From: Acidobacteriota bacterium
GTDB lineage: Bacteria; Acidobacteriota; UBA6911
Length of the DNA stretch: 64,000 nucleotides
Assembly: GCA_963664705.1 (NCBI GenBank)
Contig: OY761556.1
Location: 5,952,001 to 6,016,000 of the forward strand
Direction of reading: 5' to 3'
The position numbers and the translations under genes are program-made. The stretch's first letter is position 1; each line of letters opens with the position of its first letter. Shown here in pieces: positions 46,590-56,734 of this stretch. The notes beneath the pieces were generated by a model. It saw only the letters and a program-made list of their open reading frames with translations, had not been told where the DNA came from and made no database searches.

Positions 46590-47540
46590 TTAGACGGCAG
46601 CCAGGAGAGCTCGTTTTACGAGCGTCTTGGCGATCTGGACTTTGTACTTGGTGGCACTCAACGGCTTGGCGTCTTCAACCGCAGCCGCGCCGGCCGCTTC
46701 GGCATTGGCTTCATTGATGGCCTTGCCCGCGATCGCCGCTTCGGCCTTGACCGCGCGATACGGTTTCGGGGCAACGGCATTCAGAGCAATCCTCGGAGCT
46801 CCTCCCCCCACCATCACGGCACAGTTGACGATCGGGAAATCGATCGACTTGCGGATGGCGAATTTGAGAAAAGCGCTCTTGGCACCGGCCGGAGGGGTCG
46901 GGACCTGGATTTCGGTGATGAATTCGCCGGCAGCGAGAACGGTGTTGCCGGGGAATTTGACATCAAAGAAATTCTCGGCATTGATCTTGCGCGTGTTGGT
47001 CACCACGGAGGCATTCAAAGCAATGAGAGCCGGGGCGACGTCGCTGGGATGAACGGCGATGCACTTGTTGACGTTGCCGAAGATGGAGTGATAGCGGTTG
47101 TCGCCCATCATGGCAAAGCAGGTTGTGCCACCCTTGCGGACGCAAGGGAACCGGTTTTCCGGCTTCCGGAAGTACCAGCAGCGGTGGAGCTGAGCGATGT
47201 TGCCGCCGATGGTGCCCATGTCGCGGACATGGGGCGTGGCGACGCGCAGAGCTGCCTGAGCCAGAGCGGTGTATTTCGCATTGATGTCCTTGTTGGCGGC
47301 GACATCCGCAAGGCGTGTGGCGGCGCCGATTTTCAGGATACCGGCTTCTTCCTTGATGTAATCGAGACCCGGGGTAACGGTCTTGATGTTAATCACGGCT
47401 TCGGGGTACGTGGGAAGGATGTTGTCCTTGAGCCGGCCGATGAGATCGGTGCCCCCGGCAATGATTTCTGTTTTTCCGCCGGCAAGGGCAGTTTTGACCT
47501 CGGCCAGGGTTTTTGCATTCGTATGATTGAAACCTTTCAT
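46590..47540 (-). CDS. XDH-family FAD-binding subunit with [4Fe-4S] insert (PaoB-like)
   Basis: AGGTDL, GTIGGN, RCWYFR..C..C..CIAVHPSD, RKSIDF. Confidence 0.92.
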   Translation of the reverse strand: MKGFNHTNAKTLAEVKTALAGGKTEIIAGGTDLIGRLKDNILPTYPEAVINIKTVTPGLDYIKEEAGILKIGAATRLADVAANKDINAKYTALAQAALRVATPHVRDMGTIGGNIAQLHRCWYFRKPENRFPCVRKGGTTCFAMMGDNRYHSIFGNVNKCIAVHPSDVAPALIALNASVVTNTRKINAENFFDVKFPGNTVLAAGEFITEIQVPTPPAGAKSAFLKFAIRKSIDFPIVNCAVMVGGGAPRIALNAVAPKPYRAVKAEAAIAGKAINEANAEAAGAAAVEDAKPLSATKYKVQIAKTLVKRALLAAV

Positions 47541-47552
47541 GAGTGTCTCCTC

Positions 47553-50087
47553 CTATGCCTTGCCCAGCGCTTTGAGAACTTTATCCGGCGTTGCCGGCGG
47601 ATCGACCCACTTGCCGATCGCATTTTGAATTGCACAAATGACGAGATGAGTGTTGGCCAGTGAATGGCTGATCCCATTGGCGCCGTAGGCTGCATTGCCT
47701 GCGCGCGTTTCCAGTAATTTCATGTCCACCGGGGGCATATCCAGCATGCTGACTTTCTTATAGTCAAACATGTTGGCATTGAGTTTGACGCCGGTAGATT
47801 TATCAAAGAAATAATCTTCCTGAAGCTGGCACCCGGCGCTGAAATCCATTACCTGGTGAATCTGGCTTTCCAGTGAAGTCTGGCGGAGGATCTTTCCGGG
47901 GTCTGCCACCACACCAAACCGGACGATTTCAACTTCGCCGGTTTCTGTGTCAACGGCAACTTCGCACATAGCAACATTCATGGTGTCGAGATACTTTCCC
48001 ATGCCAGTCGCCCAAAGAGCCGTTGGAGGTCTTCCCGAGAAAGTGGCGAACAGGTTGGACTGTCCTACCGCTCTTGCCAGCGGAACCGCTTTGCTCGGAT
48101 CGGATTTGACGTAGACGTTTCCGTCTTTCATATCCAAATCTTCCGGCTTCAATCCCTTGAGTGGACTGGGAGCGGCCGGACCGCCGCCAAAGCCACCAAA
48201 GCCGCCAGCGGCCGGAGGATTGTTGGCATTTTCTATCGCAGCTTCCAGAATCCGCTTCTTCAGAATGTTCGCGCATTCCTTCGTTGCCCAGGCTGAAGCG
48301 GTGGTTCCATCGCTTCCACCACCGACAGGCGTAAAGGTCTCCCGGTAATCGAAGTCGATGCTGATGTCTTCGTAGCGCAGCCCGAGTTCTTCCGCTACAA
48401 CCATTGCGTTCCCTTCCACCGCATAAATGCCCGTGCAGGGACCCTGGGTCGGCATGTGGACCTTGCCGCCCTTGACTTCCAGTTTGCAGTTGTAGCCGGA
48501 GAAAGAGTGGCGCGGGCACATTTGATATCGGAAACTCGCGCCGTGCATTCTTCCATCCGCGAGTTTTTTCGCGCCGGTGGCGTGCCATTTCCAGTTCATC
48601 AGCTTTTTGCCTTCCGCGACGCAGGCTTCATAGCTGGGTACGGGATTTGTGTCCGTTTCACTCGTCGGCCCATGAATGTTCAGGGTCGCGATATCGATCG
48701 GATCTTTGCCCAGTTTTTCAGCAATCAATTGATTTGCCATGGTCAGCGCGTCGAAATTGAACGGACAGTGCTGGCCGCTGGTGTACATCTTTCCCCGGTT
48801 GCTGTTCACGACTTCCATCGTCTGCTTGATATTCAGGCATTTTGTCGTGAAATAGGGGCCGTATCCCTGATCCCCGGAGGTGCCGAGATTGGAAACCGGT
48901 GGGACTCCGGCATCTGAAATGGAGAAATCTTCAATCGCGGTAATGAGGCCGTTATTCTTAAACCCGACCTTCAGGTGCATATAGCGCTGGTTCATATTGA
49001 AGTCGTACATTTCTTTGCGCGTGCACACCATCCGGACCGGTCGCCCCGTTCTTTTGGAAAGCAGCGGCGTGATTTCCTGGGTTTTGCGTGTACCCCAATC
49101 GCAATACTTGCCGCCCTGGAAGAGACCTTCCTGCTTTACTCTGTCCGATGGGAGACCGTACATACCTCCCACGGCGTCTTTTCTCTGAACGGCGCCTTCA
49201 ATATGCAGGCTGAGCTGATCTGTGCTTTGCATCGGATCGCTGTACCAGTAGGCCGCCGATCCGGAAGGATTCGGAATATGGCCGGAGAAAGCGGGCAGCA
49301 TAAGATCGTATTCGATGATCTGATCGGCCTGTTTGAAACCGGCCTCTACATCGCCGCGGTTATTGGTCGCAACCGTGACGTTTCCCTTTCCTCTCGGGTT
49401 GTCCCGGATGACCGGCGCATCGGGCTTTCTTCCTTCCATGATGTCGATGACGTGCGGACGCACTTCCCATTGAGGATTGAGCGCCTTCAGGGCCTCGTCG
49501 CAAGCTTCTTCCGTTTCCGCCACGACGATGACTGCAACTTCATCATCTTCCATATCGGCCACCTGATCGACGTAGGCGCTTTGGGCTCCGCCCATCCCCA
49601 TTCCACCGCCATAGCCACTGCCACCGGCCTGGCTTTTAGGTGCCGGCGCACTGGCATTCGCCTGAGGCGGAGGATTGGTGCCGAGACCTGCAGCTGGAGG
49701 GCCGAAGGCAACGGGGTTGTTGGCCAGGCCGCCGCCTTCGGCCGGTTTTGCCGCTGGTGCAGCCTTGGCAGCCGGCTTAGGTGCGCCGCCGCCCATTCCG
49801 CCCATTCCACCGCGACGACCGAAATTTTTCAGATCGTCATCTTCCCAGGTGAGGATATCCACAACGCCAGGGATTTTTTTGGCTGCGGCGACGTCAACGC
49901 TCTTTACCATTGCATTGGCGTGCGGGCTGCGCAGGAATTTGGCATGAAGCATGTTTGGGAAGACATAGTCGATGCCGAACTTAGCCTGGCCCGTAGCCAG
50001 TGCATAGGACAATTTGCCGGGAAGGTTTGGCTTTCCGACGACCTTAAAATCGGGTCTTTGACCATTAACTCCAGCAAGATCTGCCAT
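47553..50087 (-). CDS. XDH-family molybdopterin-binding large subunit (PaoC-like) with a Gly/Ala/Pro-rich insert
   Basis: FLRSPHANA, GDVEAGF, GRPVR, EVAVDTETG, PATPDKVL. Confidence 0.92.
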   Translation of the reverse strand: MADLAGVNGQRPDFKVVGKPNLPGKLSYALATGQAKFGIDYVFPNMLHAKFLRSPHANAMVKSVDVAAAKKIPGVVDILTWEDDDLKNFGRRGGMGGMGGGAPKPAAKAAPAAKPAEGGGLANNPVAFGPPAAGLGTNPPPQANASAPAPKSQAGGSGYGGGMGMGGAQSAYVDQVADMEDDEVAVIVVAETEEACDEALKALNPQWEVRPHVIDIMEGRKPDAPVIRDNPRGKGNVTVATNNRGDVEAGFKQADQIIEYDLMLPAFSGHIPNPSGSAAYWYSDPMQSTDQLSLHIEGAVQRKDAVGGMYGLPSDRVKQEGLFQGGKYCDWGTRKTQEITPLLSKRTGRPVRMVCTRKEMYDFNMNQRYMHLKVGFKNNGLITAIEDFSISDAGVPPVSNLGTSGDQGYGPYFTTKCLNIKQTMEVVNSNRGKMYTSGQHCPFNFDALTMANQLIAEKLGKDPIDIATLNIHGPTSETDTNPVPSYEACVAEGKKLMNWKWHATGAKKLADGRMHGASFRYQMCPRHSFSGYNCKLEVKGGKVHMPTQGPCTGIYAVEGNAMVVAEELGLRYEDISIDFDYRETFTPVGGGSDGTTASAWATKECANILKKRILEAAIENANNPPAAGGFGGFGGGPAAPSPLKGLKPEDLDMKDGNVYVKSDPSKAVPLARAVGQSNLFATFSGRPPTALWATGMGKYLDTMNVAMCEVAVDTETGEVEIVRFGVVADPGKILRQTSLESQIHQVMDFSAGCQLQEDYFFDKSTGVKLNANMFDYKKVSMLDMPPVDMKLLETRAGNAAYGANGISHSLANTHLVICAIQNAIGKWVDPPATPDKVLKALGKA

Positions 50088-50088
50088 A

Positions 50089-50823
50089 TTATGCTCCCCC
50101 CTTCATAACCTGAGCGGCTTCCATAATTGCAGTAGGATGCCGTGGGTAGGTTCCACAGCAGCAGATATTGCCGGCGAGAGCCTGTTTGCAATCATTCTCA
50201 GTCGGGTTGGGATTTTTCTGCAGCAGAGCCTTGGCTGAAACGACGAAGCCCGGAGTGCAGTAGCCGCACTGCATCGCGTCCCACTTGCAGTAGGACTGGA
50301 TGAGGGAGCGCCATTTGGGATCGGCAGCAATTCCTTCGACGGTCTCGATGGATTTGCCCTCGCATTCGACCGCCAGGGTCGAGCAGGAGAGGACGGTTCT
50401 GCCGTCAATGTTCACGGAGCAGGAACCGCATACGCCGCGGTCGCACATCTGCTTGGCTCCGGTAAGACCGAGTTTGAACTGCAGGGTGCGCTGAAGAGTC
50501 CAATGGGGCTCGATGAGAACTTCGTAGTCCTTGCCATTGACTTTGAGCTTGGTGGTAACGGGAAGGACCTGTCCGGGATGCGCCTGGGCGAAATGGGCCT
50601 TGAGGCCGCCGTAGGTGTTGAAATCCTTGGCGCAGATCGGGCACCTGAAATTGGTGATGGTCGAGGGAGCCTCTGCGGCAGCCGCGGCAGCCGCTTCCGT
50701 AGACAGAGTCAGACCTGCTCCCAAAGTGCTGCCGGCGACGACCGCGCCCGCACTCTTGAGAAAATTCCTTCGATTCAGTCCGGTTCCTTCATTGTTATTT
50801 GTAGTGCTGCTTTCATCAGCCAT
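50089..50823 (-). CDS. XDH-family 2x[2Fe-2S] subunit with Tat signal (PaoA-like) and a C2H2 zinc finger
   Basis: NRRNFLK Tat motif, CDRGVCGSC..C, QCGYCTPG..CCCG. Confidence 0.92.
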   Translation of the reverse strand: MADESSTTNNNEGTGLNRRNFLKSAGAVVAGSTLGAGLTLSTEAAAAAAAEAPSTITNFRCPICAKDFNTYGGLKAHFAQAHPGQVLPVTTKLKVNGKDYEVLIEPHWTLQRTLQFKLGLTGAKQMCDRGVCGSCSVNIDGRTVLSCSTLAVECEGKSIETVEGIAADPKWRSLIQSYCKWDAMQCGYCTPGFVVSAKALLQKNPNPTENDCKQALAGNICCCGTYPRHPTAIMEAAQVMKGGA

Positions 50824-51167
50824 AATTGGCTCCTCCTTGGAATTATCGCTTTGCTAGAGATTCGCAGAGGAATCCCTGCCCGACAGCCACCAACCGCAAA
50901 GGGGAATGACGGCGTAGAGACACTTGTGGAAGAGAGCTTACTGCATTTTGAGACAAAATGGAGATTGCTTGCATAAAATTAGCTGTAGGAGTCTGTCACC
51001 AAACCGTAGCGGCAGGCAAGCTAATTCTTAGGTTTTTTAACCTATTGCCGCGCGGGCGAACTACACTCCAGTATTGACTTACGACAGACCCGCTCGCGCA
51101 TTTCATGGGAAACGCCGCCGGCACGCAAAAAACGGCGGATGCGGGGAAGCCCTCCTTGTCGATGGGG

Positions 51168-52466
51168 CTATTTTTTTAGGTGCATTTCAAGAAATTTGAA
51201 AAAATATTCCCAGTCGGAGGGTAAAGAGCCATGGCCTCCCGCATGCATAAAATACCCGAGCGTGTGGAGGAGTGGAATTCCCGCAGCGGGCATTTGGGGA
51301 GCTTCGATACCATCTTTCCCGAATAGCTTATAGACGGGGGTTGCCGCCAGGGCAGCGAGGAACTCTCCTTTGGGATCCGACCACCGATCAGTGTCGCCGG
51401 TCTGCAGCAAAACGGGCCGGGGGGCAATCAGGGCGAGCAGCATATGGGCATCCACCGGAAACTGATCAACGTGGTCGGCGTATTTTGCGTAGTTTGCGCA
51501 AAACTGGTAGGGGTAGCGCGACGGTTCCACCAGGTGTTTGATGGTCTCCCCATAATTTCTCCGGCTCAGAGCGGCACCCCCCTCTCCTGAGCAGCTGGCA
51601 ATCACCAGGGAAAATCGCGGATCGTGGGCCGCCGTCCACAGAACTGTTTTGCCTAGCCTGGAGACGCCCATCAAAGCTACGCGTCGCGCATCAACGCCCG
51701 GATCGGTTTCCAAATAATCCAGGGTTCGGCTAAGTCCCCATGCCCAGGCGGAGATAGCTCCCCATTCATCCGGCGCAGGTGCGGACTGTCCCGGCTTCAG
51801 ATAGATGCTGCGAATGCCCGCGGCCAGGCCATTCAATGCATCGGGATCGAAATCGGCATAGTTTACGGTCGCAACCCCGAATCCCCGTTCCAACAGTGGC
51901 ATAACATCGATGCCGCCGAAATTGAATCCGCCCGGTTTGGCCGGGGTGCGCTGGTTTGCTTTGGGATCAAAGAGGCGTCCTTCCTTTACCCCGGGATCAT
52001 TCACAGCCAGATTGTTTGCCGTGAATCCTGCGTTCAAGAGCACCGGAACGCGACCGCCCGGTTTGGCCGGAAGATATAGCAGCACATCTGCGAATTGCTT
52101 GAATTTGTCTTTGGTGAAGTAGATCGTAATCTGCCTGCGAATGGCTTTGCCGTCAAATGCCGGAGTCCCTTTATCGAAAACATCGAAACTCAGTTCGGCC
52201 GGCCGGCCCGGCATGCGGCCGAACTGGTTTTCTTCGAGCAGCTTCAGGATTTCCGGGCGCCTTTTTTCAACCCAGGTTTTTGCGCTGGTCACAGGCTTGC
52301 CATTGGCCAGTTTCAGCAGATCCGGCAATGTGTAGCTGCCTGCCTTGGATTCCGTGTAGTTGACCGGGATACCACTCTTTACTTCATCCGGAGCATCGGC
52401 AACCTGGGCCTTTGCAGTCCAGGCACAAAACAGAATAAGAGCCAATGAAAGGCAGCGGTTCTTCAT
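51168..52466 (-). CDS. Secreted CE15 glucuronoyl esterase-like protein
   Basis: NYTESK..YTLPDLL, WGAISAWAWGLSR, GVSRLGK, SGEGGAALSRR..GE, LIAPRP, W.DPKG. Confidence 0.88.
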   Translation of the reverse strand: MKNRCLSLALILFCAWTAKAQVADAPDEVKSGIPVNYTESKAGSYTLPDLLKLANGKPVTSAKTWVEKRRPEILKLLEENQFGRMPGRPAELSFDVFDKGTPAFDGKAIRRQITIYFTKDKFKQFADVLLYLPAKPGGRVPVLLNAGFTANNLAVNDPGVKEGRLFDPKANQRTPAKPGGFNFGGIDVMPLLERGFGVATVNYADFDPDALNGLAAGIRSIYLKPGQSAPAPDEWGAISAWAWGLSRTLDYLETDPGVDARRVALMGVSRLGKTVLWTAAHDPRFSLVIASCSGEGGAALSRRNYGETIKHLVEPSRYPYQFCANYAKYADHVDQFPVDAHMLLALIAPRPVLLQTGDTDRWSDPKGEFLAALAATPVYKLFGKDGIEAPQMPAAGIPLLHTLGYFMHAGGHGSLPSDWEYFFKFLEMHLKK

Positions 52467-52670
52467 CGTAGATCCTTTCCGCAAAAACACTGTTGGTGTG
52501 GGTAGAATATAGCACCTTTTCCGCTTCGTAGAGTTCACGGCTGTAATGGGACTGGGGATCGGTCGGGAATTGGATGCATCATCGCAGTTCCCGATTTGAG
52601 GAATTCCGATTGCAGCGCATTGCGTTTCGTCGTATTCTCTTCACAAAAATCAAACATGGAGAAATCTGCT

Positions 52671-53390
52671 ATGAAACGCTGGTTGCTGCCTATAGTCGTG
52701 GTTGTTGCGCTCGGGTTGTGTGTTGCAACAGCCGGCGATTTCTGGAAGTCGAAGAAGTTTTCTACCTGGAATGATGAAGAAAGCAAAAAGGTATTGGAAG
52801 ATTCCCCCTGGGCTCGCCAGGTTCCCATCAAATATATCTTTGCCGGTGGTCGCGGTGGCCCCGGTATGGGTGGGGGTATGGGTAGAGGCGGAATGGGAGG
52901 CGGCGGTGGTGAAGGCGGCGGAGGCTTTGGTCCCCTGGGTCCTCCAAAGGCCGAAGCACAGACGCCGAAAGCTACGCTGCGCTGGCAAAGCGCTCTTCCC
53001 GTCAAGCAGGCGATGGCTCGTTTGCGGTACAAGGATGAAGTCGAAAAATCCGAAGAGGCTGCCAAGAGCCTGTCCCGGCAGGAAGGGCAATATATTCTCA
53101 GTGTCAGTGGAGTAATGGGCGCGCCCAATTCCTTCAAAACTGAGGTGCTTAAAGCAGGCGCGACGCTGAAAATCGGAAGCCTCGATCCTATGCCGCCGTC
53201 CGATGTGCTGGTTGATCGGAATGGGATGTCGACGGTTCTCTTCTTTGCCTTTCCCAAGGCTCAGGCCGGATCTCATATCATTGAAGAGAAAGACAAGTCG
53301 ATTGAATTTCAGCTCAAAACGCCCAATATAGAACTCAAAGGCAAGTTCTCTTTGGACGACATGGTCTATCAGAGCAAGCTGGAAATTTAG
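52671..53390 (+). CDS. Secreted hypothetical protein with a Gly-rich insert
   Basis: Signal peptide, W..K....W......L.DSPWA, RWQSALPVKQA, F.FP, F.L.DM.Y. Confidence 0.75.
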   Translation: MKRWLLPIVVVVALGLCVATAGDFWKSKKFSTWNDEESKKVLEDSPWARQVPIKYIFAGGRGGPGMGGGMGRGGMGGGGGEGGGGFGPLGPPKAEAQTPKATLRWQSALPVKQAMARLRYKDEVEKSEEAAKSLSRQEGQYILSVSGVMGAPNSFKTEVLKAGATLKIGSLDPMPPSDVLVDRNGMSTVLFFAFPKAQAGSHIIEEKDKSIEFQLKTPNIELKGKFSLDDMVYQSKLEI

Positions 53391-53434
53391 TCGAACCGGA
53401 CGGTGCTTGCGGGAGGTCTGCGCGAGCAGGAATC

Positions 53435-53489
53435 AAAGGGGGGGTGCTGATTTTTACATAAAAATCAGCACCCCCCCTTTTCTTTTTTT
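53435..53489. terminator. Intrinsic terminator (bidirectional)
   Basis: AAAGGGGGGGTGCTGATTTTTA / TAAAAATCAGCACCCCCCCTTT followed by a T-run. Confidence 0.85.
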
Positions 53490-53492
53490 GAC

Positions 53493-54410
53493 TTACTTGG
53501 CTTTGAAGAAGTCTGCGTCGATCTTGCCGTTATTCAGGAACTGCCCGCTGGACCGCATGGTCCAATTGGCCACAAAAGAAGATCCTTGCCCCTGAACCTC
53601 ATATTCTATCGCGTATGAGTACGGAAGAACCAGGTCGCCCGCTTTCTGGTAGTTGTCAAATTTTTCGATGAGAGTGTAATAGGAATTCGGAACGCCGGCC
53701 ATGATTGTGGCATTGGGTCTGGCCTGGCCGTTATCATATCCGGCTCCTACCGGAGCTGAGGAAACGACGTTTTGGGTCGCGCTCAGGTCATCCTTGTGCG
53801 AAACCTTGTACTCCGTCCGCAGGTGATGAAAATTTTCCGCATCGAAGAACATCTTTACTTTGAGATCTCCGAGGGCCTTTTTGGGGCGGTATTCAACTTC
53901 GTATACGGACTTTCCATCCAGTTTGCCGTCACTGACCTTGAGTTCAGCGCCGCGGTCTTTCAGGCTGAGCAGTGGCCATGCCAGGGATAAGGTGCCGCCA
54001 AGCAAGCCTTCCTTGACAAGTCCGTTATTCCTATAAATGAATTCCGCAATCGGCGATTTCTGGCCAGGCTTGATATTGCCGACCGTGACCTCTTTCCCGT
54101 CATAGGCAAAATATTCACCCGGGTATTCCAGGGCGCCGAATTTCATTGCCAGGCCCATCCGCTGCGGCTCTGAAGCCACAAGGAATCCGCCGTCGTTCCA
54201 GGCTCCTGAAGCGCCCTGGACGAATCTTACCGCCGCGACTCCGCTGATGATGCGGGAATGGAGCGACTTGACCGCTTCCGGGCTTCCAATCGATTTCAGA
54301 TGGCCGGCCAGGAGTTCTTCGGCCGTCATCTTCTTTTCCTGCGCCTGTGCGGCGGCAAGTGGAAGGATGAAAACAAGGGCGAGCCATAAAAGGCGATTCA
54401 CTTTTAACAT
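53493..54410 (-). CDS. Secreted hypothetical protein (LolA-like fold possible)
   Basis: Signal peptide, H.KSIG, FFDAENFH..R.EY, E.FDNY....LVLP. GAGGAG RBS. Confidence 0.7.
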   Translation of the reverse strand: MLKVNRLLWLALVFILPLAAAQAQEKKMTAEELLAGHLKSIGSPEAVKSLHSRIISGVAAVRFVQGASGAWNDGGFLVASEPQRMGLAMKFGALEYPGEYFAYDGKEVTVGNIKPGQKSPIAEFIYRNNGLVKEGLLGGTLSLAWPLLSLKDRGAELKVSDGKLDGKSVYEVEYRPKKALGDLKVKMFFDAENFHHLRTEYKVSHKDDLSATQNVVSSAPVGAGYDNGQARPNATIMAGVPNSYYTLIEKFDNYQKAGDLVLPYSYAIEYEVQGQGSSFVANWTMRSSGQFLNNGKIDADFFKAK

Positions 54411-54838
54411 GGATTCCTCCTCAAATAGAGCTAGCAGTGCAAGTGTTTATGGGTGCGATTCTATCAGATAACGCCTTCGTTTTTATTGATCAGTATTTCA
54501 GCTGAATAGTTCAGAAATTTGCGCTTTTCGGATCCATCTGGCGTTCGAAGTGGTCGTAAGCCCTTGTGGAATAGCCGGGACAGTCCTTTTCCTGATAGCA
54601 AAAGCATTCAAGTATAGTTACGCTTCTTGTCCTGAAATGGTTTCAGCCAAACTGGGCAGGAGTCCGAATATTTATATTTTGCCGCAATTTAGGTTCAAAG
54701 TGTGACTCCAACCTCTGCTATGCTGAAGATACCTGGCAGGGAACGAAGCGTGGCCGCATGGCTACCCGGAAGTTGGCAGGCATCGCCGTGTCGTGTCCAT
54801 TTGATGTCCATTGAAGCAGCAAAGTGGGGCGTGCGTTT

Positions 54839-55486
54839 ATGAATGCGCATGTGAAGGAAATCCTGGAATTTTCGTTTGTGGCCTTCAGCTCCATCTTTTT
54901 TATCGTAGATCCGCTGGCGGCTATCCCTTCTTTTCTCGTGATGACCTCCGAAGACAGCGAAGAGAAGCGCAGGCGGATGGCACGGCAGTCTGCATGGACC
55001 TGTTTCCTCGTCTTGATGGTCTTTTCGCTGGCCGGGACACTCATTTTCAAATTGTTCAGCATCACGCTTCCGGCATTTAAAATTGCCGGGGGGATCATTC
55101 TGTTCCTTGTAGCTATCGATATGCTGCAGGCCAGAAGATCCAGTACCCAGGAGGTTACCGAGGAACGCCTGGAAGGGGCGGAAAAGGATGAGATCGGGGT
55201 TACCCCCATGGGAATCCCGATGCTTGCCGGCCCAGGTGCGATTTCTACCGTGATGGTACTGATGGGGCAGTCAAGGAATTGGTGGCAGGTTATCCCGGTA
55301 TTTGCCGCCATCGCGATCACCGCCCTGGCATCCTATTACATTCTGGCAGGAGCCAACCGTGTTCGACGGTTTCTCGGGGAGATCGGGATTCGCATTCTCA
55401 TGAGGCTCATGGGTCTGGTCCTCACGGCACTGGCTGTTCAGTTTGTAATAAACGGACTGATGGATATTAGGGTCATTAGTCGGTAA
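54839..55486 (+). CDS. MarC family integral membrane protein
   Basis: IVDP..IP, FKIAGGIIL, PMGIPMLAGPGAI, RLMGLVL.ALAVQF. Confidence 0.92.
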   Translation: MNAHVKEILEFSFVAFSSIFFIVDPLAAIPSFLVMTSEDSEEKRRRMARQSAWTCFLVLMVFSLAGTLIFKLFSITLPAFKIAGGIILFLVAIDMLQARRSSTQEVTEERLEGAEKDEIGVTPMGIPMLAGPGAISTVMVLMGQSRNWWQVIPVFAAIAITALASYYILAGANRVRRFLGEIGIRILMRLMGLVLTALAVQFVINGLMDIRVISR

Positions 55487-55525
55487 ATCACCTTCTCTGG
55501 AATCGTCCATCTGGAATCCCAAACC

Positions 55526-56656
55526 TTGCTGCCGATTACGCTGCAGGAATCTGAAACAGAAAACACCCGACCGGAGAAGGGAATTGCGCTTTGCCTGTCC
55601 GGCGGTGGCTACCGGGCCATGTTGTTTCACCTGGGAACATTGTGGCGGCTGAATGAATTGGGTTGTCTTCCAGCCCTGGACCGCGTTTCGAGCGTGTCCG
55701 GGGGGACGATCACTGCGGCGGTGCTGGCATGCTGGTGGCCTCAATTGCAATTTGATCGCCAGGGTGTGGCAGCCAATTTCAGAGAGCTTGTTGCCGGACC
55801 GATCTGTGCCATGGCCGCACGGAGTCTTGACATCCCTTCCGTTTTAAAGGGGCTTCTCTGGTTCGGTTCCGCGTCCGAGCATGTTGCTGCTGCCTATCGT
55901 CGGCATCTCTACGGAAGCAAAACGCTGCAGGATCTTCCGGACCATCCGCGGTTTGTCTTTAATGCCACGAATATGCAGTCGAAAGTGCTCTGGCGCTTTT
56001 CAAAGCCCTATATGGGAGACTATCTCGTAGGCAGAATATTCTCTCCGGTGTTGGATATTGCGACTGCTGTAGCCGCTTCATCCGCATTCCCGCCCGTTCT
56101 CTCCCCCGCGATTCTGAAGATCGATCCGGAGCTTTTTGCGCCGGGCAGCGGATCTCTCCAGCATCCGCCCTTTACATCGCGAGTGATTCTGACGGATGGC
56201 GGCGTATACGACAACCTGGGCCTGGAAACCGCCTGGAAGCGCTACCACACAATTCTGGTGAGCGATGGTGGTGCGGAAGCCGCAGTGAAACCCAAGCTCT
56301 CGCGCAACTGGATTTCTCAGTCCATCCGCGTGCTCGCACTAATCGATAACCAGGTCGGCAGTCTTCGCAAAAGACAGGTTGTTGAATCCTACAAAATGAA
56401 AATCCGGGCAGGAGCCTACTGGGGCATCCGCAGCGACATCCGCAACTATAGTCTGCGGGATGCGCTGCTTTGTGATCATTCTGAAACAATGAAAGCTGCA
56501 AGCATTCCCACGCGTCTGTCCGCACTCTCGCGGGAGCAGCAGTATCGCATTATCGATTGGGGATATGCCGTCTGCGATGCCGCCATGCGCGCGCACGTAC
56601 TTCCCGCGGCAACCGCTCCCACGCGTTCTCCACACGGCGTATTTTCGAATCAGTGA
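55526..56656 (+). CDS. Patatin-like phospholipase
   Basis: LSGGGYRA, SSVSGG, ASSAFP, DGGVYDNLG. Start codon uncertain. Confidence 0.88.
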   Translation: MLPITLQESETENTRPEKGIALCLSGGGYRAMLFHLGTLWRLNELGCLPALDRVSSVSGGTITAAVLACWWPQLQFDRQGVAANFRELVAGPICAMAARSLDIPSVLKGLLWFGSASEHVAAAYRRHLYGSKTLQDLPDHPRFVFNATNMQSKVLWRFSKPYMGDYLVGRIFSPVLDIATAVAASSAFPPVLSPAILKIDPELFAPGSGSLQHPPFTSRVILTDGGVYDNLGLETAWKRYHTILVSDGGAEAAVKPKLSRNWISQSIRVLALIDNQVGSLRKRQVVESYKMKIRAGAYWGIRSDIRNYSLRDALLCDHSETMKAASIPTRLSALSREQQYRIIDWGYAVCDAAMRAHVLPAATAPTRSPHGVFSNQ

Positions 56657-56658
56657 TC

Positions 56659-56721
56659 GCAGATTCCAGATTCCAGATTCCAGATTTTGAACTTCTCCTG
56701 AAATCTGGAACCCGGAATCTC
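56659..56721. repeat. Inverted heptamer array (hairpin) after the patatin gene
   Basis: AGATTCCAGATTCCAGATTCCAGATTT ... AAATCTGGAACCCGGAATCT. Confidence 0.6.
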
Positions 56722-56734
56722 AAGTACAAACTCT

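Noticed and set aside
50824-51167. Moco/Wco riboswitch upstream of the Mo-enzyme operon (and upstream of AOR, 62489-62644)
   Set aside because: I could not recognise the consensus structure by eye. An Rfam scan would be needed.
55526-56656. Patatin as an anti-phage (CBASS-type) effector
   Set aside because: No cyclase or other defence genes are adjacent. The neighbours are MarC and SPFH.
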